NCBI GenBank assembly: GCA_051294905.1
Contig: CM119372.1
Span: 5,892,001-5,952,000, forward strand
DNA: 60,000 nt
Direction: 5' to 3'
Source of the DNA: Botryllus schlosseri
Lineage: Eukaryota
Positions 1 through 13,685 of the stretch are shown one piece after another. Position 1 is the first letter of the stretch, and each line of letters begins with the position of its first letter. The notes below the pieces were generated by a model, which saw nothing but the letters and a program-made list of their open reading frames with translations, was not told where the DNA came from and did not search any database. A program made the translations under genes and the position numbers.

Positions 1-2000
1 CATTTCGCGGTGGCCTGATAATATGTTTAGACCAAGAAACTGAAGTATAAACCATATACGGGCACTTCAGTAACTGAAGGTGATGCTATGGTGACGGATT
101 TTGTCAAGTGGGACAAAACAATGCCTGAGCTTTTTCAGCAATGGTCTTTTATAGGGTTGTGTTGTTATGATATACTCTGAAATTAAAAGGTAGATTATAT
201 TATAATATTATATCCGGTATACAATATTCCTGTACTAAACTTGGGAACGGTGCGCCCCGCTGAGCTATTCTGAGCGGCCCGCGAAAAGTTGCTTGGAATT
301 GAAAACATAAAATCATAAGCCGTATTAACTAAACTGAAACTTCGTTTACTTCCGATCCTGTTCATGAACATGCCGCGATTACGCAGCCTACGTACCTCGC
401 ATGCATAATCCACAAATTCAGAATAAAGTCAAAGTTGCAGATTTTTAGGTCGTAAAAATCGACGTCACAAGAAGTCAACAAACTTTCTTTGTTGCCATTG
501 TCACAATACAGGGGATACGCTTTGGAGTACAGAACCTCATATTGACATAATACATGTGAATATTATATTCATATTTATTCCCGGAAGTTTTTGGCTGACA
601 CTCATCAAGGTATAGCCTACCGTCAGCACGGTATGTTCACACGGTCTATTCTGCAAATTGTTACGTGAAACGTTTCCGATTTCCTGATTTTTAAAACAAG
701 TCAATCAGTGCCCGTGATTACTATACGCATGCGCAATCATCACCATTATATTGGATGAACGGGTATGTCAAAAAAAAGCCGAAAGCTGAAACTGAAAGGT
801 TTTGAGCACTAAATATTTCTTTACTGTATTAGTCAGGAGTAAACTCGTCCTTCTAGTACTTAATGCCGAGCAGGTCGCCGTGTTTGACGAGTATAATTCA
901 ATTCGGCCTTATGACAAAAACATGAAGACATACACTCTGTCAAGAGAGGGCGAATTTCAGAAGAGCTGAAAGCTTCGCTCAATAACAAAGGCTATATCGC
1001 CAACGTGCACACACCTCGGAAAGCAGCTTTATAGTATCCCATATATATTTTAACGTTTTGGTAGAAAAACGCGGAACGGTGATTAAAGAGAATTACAAAT
1101 GTATCATGTTTAACATTATTGACGACAAATAAATATCATATGACGACAAAATAAATATTATTTTTGGTAATTAACCATCACTTTCTCATTGCCTAATATC
1201 AACATAACCACCAAGCAACATAAATTAACAGTGCAATTCACTGCTTTCAATTTAGAAATATAATTTTTACACTGCAAAATCTGGAATATCTAGAACTAGA
1301 TATCCCTGTGGGGAATACAGATAAAATTTTTGACTCGGCCCATCAACGAATTTTATTCTTCTCATTTGGCCTGCGGAGAAAAATAATTGCCAAACACTGA
1401 CTTATACCTATACAGTGCACATTATTATTATCAACGTTCAAAATGTCTACTTCTAACGTGGTCGGCGGCGAAGATTGCTGTTGTAGTACTATTCATTTAA
1501 TAGACTTATTATTATTACCATTACTGAGAGTTGCATTTAAAACAAAAATCAATTTAAAACAAACATGTTTAAAACAAAGCTCTTGTTTAAAACATTTTTT
1601 TCTTCATTTTTCAAGCCATGACGTCACGATTATTCAGTTGTGACGTCATAGTGGATTGTCATTAACAATTGAAAATTTAGGATTAATGTAGCTTCTTTGA
1701 CGAAATCTACGTATTATAGTTGTTGAATCGACTATTTTGAGGGTTCCAGCCATCCCCTCCCACGTCGTCTATATCGGGTGGTAATTGTCCGTAGGCTTAT
1801 ACAACATGTTTTTACAAGTATTTACACAATTATGGCATGATTTTACAACTTGAAAAAATATAAATCTTTTAGAAGGCCTTTGTTTAGAACACTGTTTAAA
1901 ACATGTTTTGAGCAAAATGTTTTGAGCAACCATTTGCTTTAAATGCAACCCTACCAGTACTCATAATTCCATAGTGATGAATTTTTAACATAAAAGAGTG
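1..2000 (+). repeat. Diverged paralog of the gene's upstream region (10591-10810 plus 12324-12511)
   Basis: Shared blocks e.g. atggtgacgga, gttatgata..ctctgaaa, acttctaacgtggtcgg..gaagat..ct..tgtagtac, taaaagagtg. Confidence 0.75.
1526..1953. mobile_element. MITE of the TAGGGTTGCATTTAAAAC family (also 19844-23774, 26846-28027, inverted 41073-41512)
   Basis: TIRs; TSD ccattact/ccagtact; single ccagcact empty site in the paralog at 12461. Confidence 0.8.
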
Positions 2001-3961
2001 ACCGACCAATATGTAAATTTGTAGCCACTTATATAGTCAAGTCAAGGTCATAGCGAACTCGTCTCATTATTGATTTGCATCATAATTTATATTGGCGTAT
2101 GATTTGAGTTTTTAGAAACTATAGATGTCCCAATAATGTAGTAATTATGATAAATGGCTTTTCTACGGGAGTGTACCAATGATACATGTTCTCATTGTTA
2201 TTGCATGCCTTCCCTGAAATCATGCGCAACATTTTAGAAGAGAAGATGACATTAGCCAAATCGACCATGAATATGAAATGCCAGATACTGTTTTCAGGAG
2301 AGGTGAGTGAATGCATGTGGCGAATTGGTATATCAGATATGTATCGAATTTTATCATTTCAGACTCGCATGAAGAACCAGATGATGCTCACATATACCAG
2401 CAAATTTACGAAAATTCATGACAGTTTATGCGGGCTGTGTACGTATTGCGTAAGACAGCGGTTCATAAACCCGAGATTACATAGTAAAGTAAGGTTACGG
2501 TCGCAAAAGAGGCGTGCCCCTGTTGAGAACCTATGGCTGTTTTAGGGTTTTTCTATAGCATATAATTCACAAACACATAAGTGGAAGCATGAAATTCAAT
2601 TGATAGTACCTTAATGTACTTGACTTGAACCTTAAAATTGGTCATTTTCTTGCATTGGTCATTTCCTTTTTATTATGACTGCACCAGTATTCTCTATATA
2701 GTCAATCCATGATGCGAACCACTGTATTATATTAATCAAATATATTGATGTAGCGAGCAGTTTGCAACTTGAGTTTATCCGCGTGCACTACTTGTTTTTT
2801 CTTCTGTTGAAACAAATATTATAAAAAGTTCCCTCGGAAATTAGAAAATTCTGTTTATTGATTTCGAGTTAAATTTTTGAATTTTCTTTTGTTTTCTGGA
2901 TTTTTTATTTCGTTTTTGGTTATTCATTGCAATTTTCCTCATCTGGAATGATTGACTTTTCGACGATTCCTCGTAACTGGACTTATTATTATATTTATAT
3001 ATTCGATTTGGAATTGTTTTCTCGCGGGTTTCTCTAATTGAAGGATTTTCGGAGGTCAGGAAATATTTCAAAAAATTAGATTACTTATACGAACATCATA
3101 ATGAACTTAATTCAGTAGCTGATCAAATAAGTTTTCTTAGCAATAACTCTACCACAGTCATATATAGAACAATAACATGAGGCCAGCCATCGTATATAGT
3201 ATATCCCATCATAGACGAGTCAAAATTCTTCCGCATTCAGCCGTAACCTGACAAATAGTACTGTAAGGTTTTTCAAATCTTGCACCAACCATCCGCGCTA
3301 CCCCGGAATGCTCCTTGCACGAAGTGCACCAAACCGTTTACGGTGATGAGCGCCACTTCCTTTTTTTTTCATCTATAATAACAATTTAATCCAGAAATAC
3401 TGAGCTCGAGGTCACAGATACCAGCTTTACTGATCAGGTCTTTTGTCTGATCCTGATTGAGCCCACTATACCTACCTATCAATAAGCCGGACATGACGGT
3501 AAAAGTAAAGAGGTTTCACGAGCGAAATATTTTGTGAAGCTCACTGTCACGTGCGAAAACATGCCACTTCCTTCCTATTGCTACGTATACTTTGTACTAG
3601 TAAAGCCGAGCTCTATACTGCCCTCTGTGACAGTCACAGCAGCCGTGCCTCGTGTTTTATTTCTCCGTTCGTGTTTGGCGCGCCTCAGCTAACTGAGTAT
3701 TTTCTGCTAAGGCCTCTTCAACAGATGTTGTATCTTGACTCACCAACTACAAATAAGGTATTTTTCATAATTGGAGTGTTTTGAAATATATTTCATATCA
3801 GGAAAAAGTGTTAGAGAAAACTGACCCTTGATCACGATTGTGATAAGTCGCTGTTGGCGTAAACGTCGGTTACCATATTTTGGGAATCTGTGAAAAAAGC
3901 ACACTTTTTCAAAATTTCCAGACTTCCAATACTTGAGTGAAATCCAGAAAATATGGGAACT

Positions 3962-4570
3962 AGAAACTAGAAATCGCCAAGTTTATGTGTCAGTCTCACT
4001 GCGGTCATTGCCCCGAATATTTCAATGACTTCCTTACCTCAGAATCGAAAGCTCACAAGTACAACATGCGCGTCCACATCGTCCAAATATCATATGATCG
4101 ACCGAAAAGATGATCGCTCTATCAAATATGCCGGACCTGACGTGTGGAACAGTATCCCGCCGGCCATCCGACAGTCGACGAGCATGTCCACATTCAAGTC
4201 GAAATACATGCAACTACTACTAAATGAGTACTAGTCCGCCTTCATGATTACCGAACCGCGACCTGACCTATCGATCTCGCCTTCCGTGAGATGCCACCCC
4301 ATTTTATGTCGTTTCTTTTTCTATACTATCTTATTTTACATACCTCTCTTTTCTTTATTTTTTCCGCTACTTGGGTACATACTCAAGTAGATCTAACTTC
4401 TCGCTACTTCTACTTCGTCATGTTTTGTGATCCACTTACTTACTTTTCGCTATTTTCAGTTTGTCAAGTAGAAACAGTCTTATCCTCCAATCAGCACGAT
4501 AGCCTGACGAATTTCGCGACTGTTTTCACAGAGTATCAACATTTGATTTTCATAAAGCTTGAGTAAAGGC
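3962..4570 (+). mobile_element. 5'-truncated LINE (CR1/L2-group) ORF2 C-terminus and 3' UTR
   Basis: LEIAKFM..CPEYFNDF..HKYNMR / RSIKYAGPDVWNSIPPAIRQSTSMSTFKSKY* typical of CR1/L2-type ORF2 tails; 3' boundary approximate. Confidence 0.7.
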
Positions 4571-4999
4571 CAGAATTTCCGCCGCGCTTCCCGCAGTAGA
4601 TTATTAGGATTTCATGAACGTATCGGTGAAAATAATTTAGGTAGCTGATTGAGTGGTTCTGTTAACAGTACCACCGCATTGTCCCCCATAAGAAATATTT
4701 CATCACAGTAAATATGACCCATCATAGCATTTGAAACCACCGTTTCGCAATCTAGCATTTACCTATAATATCGTAATTTAACAGCCCATGGCGTGTCCTA
4801 ATCTGGAAAAGTGGACTCTGACTTTTTTTTAGCTTTACACCTGTTTTAGCAGACCAATGTTGAAACTTTCTGGAAAATATACATGAAATATATTTTCTGC
4901 TTTTTAGAAGTAGTATTTATCTTTCTCTTTCTATTCCCAGTATCATTCTTTGAGTTCTAATTAGTTTCATTTATTTTGTGTGGAAACGTTAATGCTGAA

Positions 5000-5092
5000 A
5001 AGCTTCTTGGAGATACAGAACTTCAATATATATATTGAATAGTATATTCATAATGAAATGAGCCCGAAAATTTTCAGCTGACACTCGTCGGT
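5000..5092 (-). mobile_element. Solo fragment of the Penelope-like terminal repeat
   Basis: Matches 58503-58595 (cagaacttcaata..attgaatagtatattcata..gacactcgtc). Confidence 0.75.
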
Positions 5093-5664
5093 GTATATGT
5101 TGAAGTATAAAAGCAGGTGTAATATTGCCTCTATTTCGAAAAATAAAGCTACACTATATGGCATTTTTAAGATCAGTCATATTTTTTATTAACATTTACT
5201 AATAGCGCGAAGTGTTAACACCGTATCCGAGACCACTTCTCCGCATTGCTCTTCGACCAAACTACGGGCCTTATAGTATGGGGGAGGGCGCCATACCAAC
5301 ATTTTTTCCAAATTGGGGTGTTCGAGTCAACAGGATTAGCATCGCATATCAATATCAATGCTATCATTTTAACCTCATGATGCGGACCAATGCTTATGCT
5401 GTCAAAAATTTATACCTCCTGGGATGCATCAATATGAATCAAGCTCTGCACCTTTCGCAGGGCTCAATTTGCAGGTTTTGACAGTCTATGCGAACTAATT
5501 ACGATCGTTGTCACAACAACTTACTTACTTGAGTAGATTTAAAGTCAGTCAATTCACTTCTACTTCAAGTAGTTTTAGGTTGCTTATGAAAGAAGTACTT
5601 CTACTCGTACTTGAGTAGATTTTTTCGTCGCGACTTCTACTTCAGTAGCTTTCTTGACTACTTT

Positions 5665-5812
5665 GACCACCTTAGTCCACATGCCAAAGTAGATGCTCAG
5701 TGTCGTTCCTGTCCGGCCAGACTAGATTTTAGGGAAACAACCGTGGCCGCGATTCGAACTCAGACCTGCAGATTGCGAGACCTGTGCTCTGAACACATAA
5801 AGCTGCGGGGCC
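5665..5812 (-). mobile_element. tRNA-derived SINE head (degenerate, not a functional tRNA)
   Basis: Minus strand GGCCCCGCAGCT..CAGAGCACAGGTCTCGCAATCTGCAGGTCTGAGTTCGAATC, A/B-box-like; acceptor stem does not pair. Confidence 0.5.
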
Positions 5813-5846
5813 TGTTGAAAGAAATCATTGCCATATAGCGCTAATA

Positions 5847-7087
5847 CAGGGATCACCAACCCTTTTACAACCAAGAGCTACTTCTTGAGTTGTGATTGAA
5901 GTGGCGGGCTACCATTCACATGGACTCCTGCTGTTTTTCGTGACAGACTGAATTTCCACGTTTATATTCATAGCACTAGGGCGGAATCACAGTGTGGGAA
6001 GACTTCCAAGACAGTCTTGTGAAATCAAAACATCTTAATTCGATTAGCTAGCCACAAACATTTTTAAGAAACCATGAATTACTTCGCAGCTTGTTTGTAT
6101 CAATTCTGCAACAACAGTCAACTCGAAATTTTAAATAAATGATGTCACACTATGGACTGAACATCATGTTATTTTTGTTTCTGTATCAATCTGAGGGAAG
6201 CCTGGCATTGCATGCTAGCAACTAGTGCCCTGTATATTCCGATATGTTACTTGATACTGCAACTGTAAGTGAGTCTTCCAGATGTGCATGAGCGAGGCGT
6301 GTTCAGTGTTTGTTTTTGATGAAGTGCATGTCAGAAGGCTGATTCACAACGATAATAGGAACCAAACATGCTTGCAACCTTCGTAGCTGCTGCGCATACA
6401 CCACTGCACTTTTCCGTGTCAACAAGGAACCAAAAGTTTGGTGCAGCCTGGTGGGCTATGAGGTGGAGGTAATATTGCAGTGATACAATTTCAATCTCCA
6501 ACTGTTCAGCATACAGGCTAAATAGATTTCGTTATACGCTTATATACCTGACAGCAGCAACGATTACAGAAAGTTAGAAACATGGTACTAAGGTGCGTGG
6601 ATAGTAATAGAATCAGGCTGTGCCAAAAGATGCAATACCTAATGGGCATACAGACATTGAAAATCTGCTCGTGCTTCACGTCTACTACTACTGAATAGTA
6701 ATGTTGTTTACTCCTTTGGCATTGTCCTTGACGTCTAGCAACTATAACGGAACCCCCAGCCATTTCACGAAGACCGCGAATGGCATTCCGTAATGTTGCC
6801 TGTATAGGCAGTGTGCCGTATTCTCAGTCTTGTGATTCAATTACATATTGGTATATTACTAATTGTGATTAAGGATATTTGATATCATCACTGTAAGTGA
6901 TTAAAAATATATATTGTCATTTGTAAGTTACATGCTAGCATGATCTAGCTAAATCCTTCTAAATAAATTTAAAAAAGCCCACTGGTAAGTGCTGCCATCA
7001 GATCTATTTTTAGAGTAGGCTCGTGGGCTACTCATTTGGTCCTCGTGTGCTACCTGGGGCCCGCGGGCACCGCGTTGGTGACCCCTG
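5847..7087 (-). mobile_element. Non-autonomous hAT (Buster/Charlie-like) with transposase C-terminal remnant
   Basis: TIR cagggatcaccaac/gttggtgacccctg; perfect TSD cgctaata; minus strand ~6190-6415 reads KVASMFGSYYRCESAF..IKNKH*TRLAHAHLEDSL..MQCQAS. Confidence 0.85.
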
Positions 7088-9365
7088 CGCTAATACATAT
7101 TCTACGTTTTCAATGATTTTGTGAAGGTAAAAAGCAATAAAATAACACTATATCGCACAATATGTTTTATTATTTCAATTAAATCGAAAGAGATAACAAT
7201 TGTGTTGATTTCTAATGCGATGGATTGAAAATTAATAATTTTTGACTGTAATTCTAAAATAATATAGGAAATCGATGATATCCCCACACAGAAAAAGAAT
7301 ACAAATGCGCAATTCAATCCGCACAGGACTACGGGGCATGGATTTACTGAAATCATATTACTTGATATGGAATTATTATCGTGTTGCGCAGACACGTATA
7401 TCATCAATTAGTAAACGCTTCCATCAAGTATACATCGACACTGAATGTTAATTGGGCGTTCGTGGAGAACACTCCTATGGCTCGTAAAAGCAGCAATCAT
7501 TTTCAGATTTAAAGGATAAAATACGATAAATGATTTAATGATATATCTCCTCGATACACCAAATATGGGATGATAATGGAATTGGTGGCATTCGAATAAA
7601 TATTGAAACAAATTCTCGGGATGGTATATTGTAATAAAAAACGGCGTTGCTATACGAAAATGTATATTCAGACGATGTGGAGCGCATTCTTGTATACCCG
7701 ACGAATACCCGTGAGGTCAGGGCTATTGGCATTCAAAAGATATTAGGTTGTTGACCCTGTAGTCCAGCAGTCAATTCGCACCGAATATGTGGTATAGGCC
7801 TACGTAGCACGAATGACAGTTTTATTTTGATTCAGTCATATTCCGCCATACCAACCTATTTTGAGTTTGCGATTAGACTTCACATACGATTATAAACCTT
7901 AGATCAGTGGTCCGTAACCGGGGAAGACGAACCCCAAGTGTTAGCTGAGACAGTCTCAGGGGTTCGCCGGAAGTCGAGGACAGTGATTCGAATCGATCAA
8001 TTTTGTTGAAAGAATCTGCCCCCATCCATGCTGCAGAACCCTGTCTGAACATGACGTTTAAGGCAGCAAATCGTATGTTTTTGCGCCCTATAAAGACGAA
8101 TACGCAAAGGATTATGCTAATATCAGCTTTTCCGCTCTCATATACAACGTCTATTCCAGTTTGTCACCTTGTGATTCCAAAACGGATCATATTTACAGCA
8201 ACTTGGCTCTGTGAGACTCAATAGTGTTATGTTCTCATTGAAAACTAAACAGCGAGGCTGACTGGGAGTCGAAGCCTACGTGCGGTTATGTTTAAAGCGT
8301 TATGCACTGCGCTCTAAATATGGCGTCGTGTCAAATTAAAGTTGAAGGTATGAAAATCATTTTGGCATCAGCCACTTTCCTCAGAACGCCATGGTATTCG
8401 ACCTACAGCTAAACGATTGTCACGAAAGGTACCATTGCACTCTACAAATCTCTAGGCTAGCGTAACGAGTCTGCATGTCATAGCTTCTTAATTCTTTGTG
8501 AAATTGCTGGCACGCAATTTTCACGTATGACCCGATCAAGGCGGCGAAGAAACTTTAGATAGTTGTTTTGCCGATGTTATGAATAAGTAACTGTGTCTCA
8601 CCTATCGTCGGCTAAGTAAAATACCGTAAATGATGTATTGGTGTTATCTATCGATGTTATTGAATGTCTAGTTTTGAACATTTTAACACCTAGAATCAGG
8701 CAATTTGGATATTTATTGTTCAAAATGAAGAGTGAAAGCGGAGGTGAGGCACGGACTGGTCGAGCCTCATAAGTGATAGCGCAATTATAATTACCAGTAT
8801 TAATCGAATACTATTATCGCATTGATTTCGAGCATCCAACTATTAGTAACGTCAGAGAACCAGAATCCGCTCAAAATGACCAAGGAATTTGAACTTCGGC
8901 TGTGTTGCGTGCAATTACGATGGAGATAAACAATCACCAGGTGCGATATCCTTCACTGATTGTTTGCTAACAATCCGACAGCCGCAACGCAGTGAAACAA
9001 TGTCCATTCGACTTCGCAAACCGACGGTGTAGAATCGTGGAGCTGCGACGACCAATAGGTAGAGCAGGGCAAATACATTCCATTACTAATGCTGTTGCTA
9101 TGTATTTCCCATCCATACCTAATAGAAGCAAGTTGGCAACGGAATCAACTAATACTTTGGGCTGATATATATTTGTAAATATGACTGCAAAGGGGCCAGT
9201 TCCTCACCAACAGTGAACTTCAGTGACTGACATCATATTGATAGCGCAGTTCCCCTTCTAAGTAAAATTACGCCTCGCTTAAAATATAAATCACTTACAG
9301 CAAGCGAGTACAACTATCTCATTAGTGTGACGCATGTGAAGTGATTTAATCAGTAAGAATATTAA

Positions 9366-10396
9366 GGGGGCACTTCTATTTGAAAATGATTTTTTTAGGT
9401 GTTCACGTTTGTAGTCATAAATTCGTAAAGGTAGATGCGAGCCCCATGATTCATACATTGCTGGAAAGGGCAGGAAATTTCCTTTCCAAATATGGTCTTT
9501 ATGTTGTACCATGAGCATGTACCCCACCGGTACACTTACTCAAAAAATAATGAAAATATTGAACACGCGTATTAAAAATCCTAAAAACTCAAAAGTCTTT
9601 CAAGATTTTCCTTCAAATATTGCTGTAGTAATGGTACATATATATATCTACAAAACAATTGAGGGATTTTCAAAAATAGGTCTTTTAACAAAATTTATGA
9701 TATTTTTTGTCAGCGAACCCTAAATTTTCATTTTTTTCAAAATTCTTTCCTCTGTAAAAAATTTGCTGGACAAAATTTTGAGAAAACGCTCAATCATTTT
9801 ATTATACATACCCTAACCATCATTTGTACAAAATTTCAGATGAATCGAACAAGCAGGTGCAGAGGAGATACAATTTTTGTGCAGAAAAAGTATATTTTGA
9901 GAAAATCGCGTTTGAAAAAATAAAACCACAATAACTTCGAAAAACAAGGATAAGAACACTGATCATGACATCAATGACCATATTAGTTGATTTGCATCAC
10001 ACATTGAACCATATATAACACAACCTGAGCATTAATAGCCGCCAGGCACATAGTCTGATGTGTCTTAGGAGTCTTGAACTCTTTCGATTTTTCACAGCGA
10101 AAGACCGTCGAGATGCAGTCTTACTTTTTTTGTCCTTCAAACCAGTTTCATTTTTGTGAAAGTGTTCACTGGCAAGTTTAGGCTTTCAAGAACACTCAAG
10201 TACCCACTACATCCAATATTCCAGTTCAGTACGGACGTAGCTACAGCACGTTTTACTGCCATAGTTCATAATAGAAGCAAGTTGGCAACGGAATCAACTA
10301 ATACTTTGGGCTGATATATATTTGTAAATATGACTGCAAAGGGGCCAGTTCTTCACCAACAGTGAACTTCAGTGACTGACTCAAAATGGTTCGCCT
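9366..10396 (-). mobile_element. Probable Kolobok-like DNA transposon deletion derivative
   Basis: TTAA-GG...CC-TTAA ends with a weak TIR; minus strand ~10032-10245 remnant ATSVLNWNIGCSGYLSVLESLNL...SDYVPGGY* resembles a transposase C-terminus. Confidence 0.45.
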
Positions 10397-10810
10397 TAAA
10401 GTAGTGGTAAAATATTGAACTATTGATGCATTTAAGTTGGTGGTCAAAGTAACAATTCCCTACTTTCATATCTCATCAAAAATCCTTCCTCAACTTCCTG
10501 TAGGAGGGACACACTTTGCGCCTCTCTCCCCTGCATCATATTTTGACTTCAATTCTTTTATGATATTGATAGTTTTTAAACCACCACGGGCATTTCGGGG
10601 TGTTCTCACAATATATTTAGGCGAGGCGCTTGATATATCTAAAGAATGGGCATTTCAATAACTGTTGATGATACTATATGGTGACGGATCTTTCCTCGTG
10701 GGAAAGCACAATAGCTGCGCATTTTCAGGAATGCTATTTTATACGGTTGTAATGTTATGATACTCTGAAACTAGAAGGCTTATCTTATTATATTATATTA
10801 TTACATACAG

Positions 10811-12323
10811 CAGTGGTTTTTAAGCTCCACATTGATCATCGCCGCACAAATATTGGGAACCGAAAAATGGGCATACAAACTGTAATCACCGGCGAGTTGA
10901 GTAAAAGAAGGTTATTTCTCCGACTTGACTCCAATACAGCACCGTAACTGCCGCACCCCAAACCCCCCAATTGGGGGGGGGCGAGCTCGAAGGGGGCCCA
11001 AAGTTATTTCGTGAATTAGCATAAATCATTGAGTATTTTTTGAAAATTTATGCAATTTTTTCAAAATTTTTTAGCGCTATGCGCGAATTCAAGTAGCCAT
11101 TTCTCTTTATTATTGGGTATTGGGCCATTACCGCGCCACGACCCACCAAGACATACAATCAAGCTTTAGGCCATATAACATGCGACTCCAAGAAGTGTGC
11201 CAGAACGATCGGCAGCGAGAAAACCTTGGCCGAAAGGGTCTATGCCCTTTTGCTGACCAAAGACTTCGTTATATATACAAAATACATGTAGGTTTAATTG
11301 TCCATAGGCGCCTAAATGACTGGCGCCGAATGTTCCTGTCTTTGCGATCTGAACCTCACAAGACAAATACCATCACGCTGGGAAAAATTTTATGCCAGTG
11401 AAGAAATACCAATTTGAAATCGTGTGCGTCTCTTAGTTTAGAAGCCTACGTTTGGGCGATTCTATATTTTTTGATATAGCAGACTGGAAGTCACGAAATA
11501 ACATCATGTAACGAAGTCATTTCAACAGGTCCGCCCGCCAGAAGATGTTTAATTATTATTTACGGGCCCTCCCGTTTTCAAGACACTTCACTCAGCTCTA
11601 CCGGTAAATCTAATTACGTGAGTAGAGAGGACAATAAATTGATAGCATAATATATATGCAATCGCCGATCTGATTGACCGATTTTATCATAAATTATCGA
11701 AAATTTTCGCGCTTGGCGCTGGCTCACAATACAGTACAGATGATTTCGTGACAAACGCGAACAACGTGATGGAGGGGTCGTTTGATCACCCTATGGGAGC
11801 CCAAGACCCACGTTTTTGGGGGCCTGACGAGGTGCTGTTTCGTTCCTGCCAAAGGGTATACGCCCGAAGATGTTTAATTATTATTGAGTGGTCCTACCTT
11901 TTCAAACACATCTCACTCAGCTCTACCGGCAAATCTGATTACGTGAGCGGAGAGAAGATAAAAATTGATAACAATATATATGCTATTCCCGATCATACTG
12001 ACCGATGCAGTCATGAATTGTAGAAATTTCCCGCGCTTATGCGACAAAAGCTGATTCACTGAACAAACTCCCAACGCATATGATAAATAGCGGTAAACAG
12101 GGTATCGCGGGAGGGGGTTGTGGGGGGCGAAGCCCCCCAGAAGTTCGGTCTATAACCCTATGGGGGGCCCACGACCAAAGTTTTGGGGGGGCTGACGAAG
12201 TGCTGTTACGGCCCTGCTCCAATATAGCCGTTTTAACGTGCCATCGCCTGCTTCGTCCGTTTTCGCCCCCTCGTTATTTTTTGTCCAGCTAGACCGTCAA
12301 ATCGCCCACGTTGGGAACCACTG
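10811..12323. mobile_element. hAT-type element about 190 bp upstream of the start codon
   Basis: cagtggtt...aaccactg; TSD acatacag/atatacag. Confidence 0.8.
10937..12216. mobile_element. Nested hAT-type element (CAGGGCCGTAAC TIR family; inverted relative at 55817-56764)
   Basis: Perfect TSD ctccaata; internal duplication ~11533-11720 vs ~11860-12036. Confidence 0.8.
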
Positions 12324-12516
12324 ATATACAGTATACCATATATTTATATCTATGCATAGTTTTTATCATTTACTAACGCTTAGAAAGCCGACTTCTAACG
12401 TGGTCGGATGATGAAGATCGCTACTGTAGTACAATTCATTTGATATACTTATTATTACTGCCAGCACTCATATTTCCAGTAGGCCTAATGAGTTTCTAAA
12501 ATAAAAGAGTGTCAGG

Positions 12517-12580
12517 ATGTCTTCGAGAAGGCTATTTGTTGCAATCTTCATCGCGATAAGATACATTGACTCATCATCAG
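12517..12580 (+). CDS. Putative first coding exon (signal peptide MSSRRLFVAIFIAIRYIDSSS) of the sushi-repeat gene
   Basis: ATG at 12517, basic-hydrophobic-small residue pattern, ends in phase 1 at a consensus donor TCAG|GTAAG, matching the phase of all downstream modules. Confidence 0.65.
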
Positions 12581-13685
12581 GTAAGACATTATGCTGAATT
12601 CAACGATAGAGGCAGTTTCAATGCCCAAATAATTGTCTCAACACTTCAGTGTTCTGAACGTTTTCTAATATCATAATTTATGTTCCAATGACAATCCATG
12701 ATATTGGACTTGATGGACTATAATTAACACGATCGTTCGCTGCTGTGACTATCTTTCCACTCTACCATTCTTCGTATGTTCACAATGAAATCGAGACGAC
12801 TGCGATTATTATAATTTTCACCTTTGTTTAGATATCTATCAACCTACACGTATAAAAAAAGTATGAAATGCATCGGCTTATGTCCCCACACTAAATTGAT
12901 GAGGAGGGTGTAAACTAGAGCGGGGTATGGATAATCCATGGATCGGATGTCTGATACGGCCGGAGTTCTACAGAGTAGTTTGTGAGATTTAGCCAGATCC
13001 TAGGGGGCTCCTGATCAGGGCTGTGGAGTCAGAGTTTCGCCAATTTTTCCCTTAATGGAGTCGGAGTCGGCGTCGTGAAAACAATACTGGCGGGAGTCGG
13101 GGTCAGAGTTTGTGATAATCCTTCTGACTCCAACTCAGACTCAAACTACTTTATGAAGACAAGTGCTTTCAAAGGTCTCTTGAAATTACTAGTAATAAAT
13201 AAAATAGGCTTTGTATGTATTAAAAATCGCTTTTAAGAGTAACGATACTGATAAAGTTGGACATTATTTGCAAATTACAATTACAATTCACTAGCCCAGA
13301 GGAGGAAAATTGCAAGATGCATCTCCGTGACCAACACAAAATTACTGATGAAGTCACAAATTGGTGCAATTCTTGAAATTATACCATGATATTGTGAAAC
13401 GGTAAATACGTCGTTTGCTTTTGCAAGTGACGAAATCACTTGAAAATTGATGCAAATATAACTACACGCTGCTTCTCATTTGACACAATTAAAAAATATT
13501 TCTAGTAAGTGGCTCAGTGACTTGGGTCCAACAAATCTATAAGAAAGAGTGCAAGTATAGTCCTAGTCTGCGAATACTTGACTAAGTGCATGTATAAACA
13601 TATGCTATTTGACTACTCCCTAAATTTCGTTTCTGACTACAGTTCATTAGTAGTGAGAGAGTGTGTGATTGTCATCAGTATAGTG

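Noticed and set aside
5735..5812. tRNA gene
   Set aside because: Acceptor stem does not pair; better explained as a SINE head. Weaker B-box-like relics near 8260 and 43750 were not called
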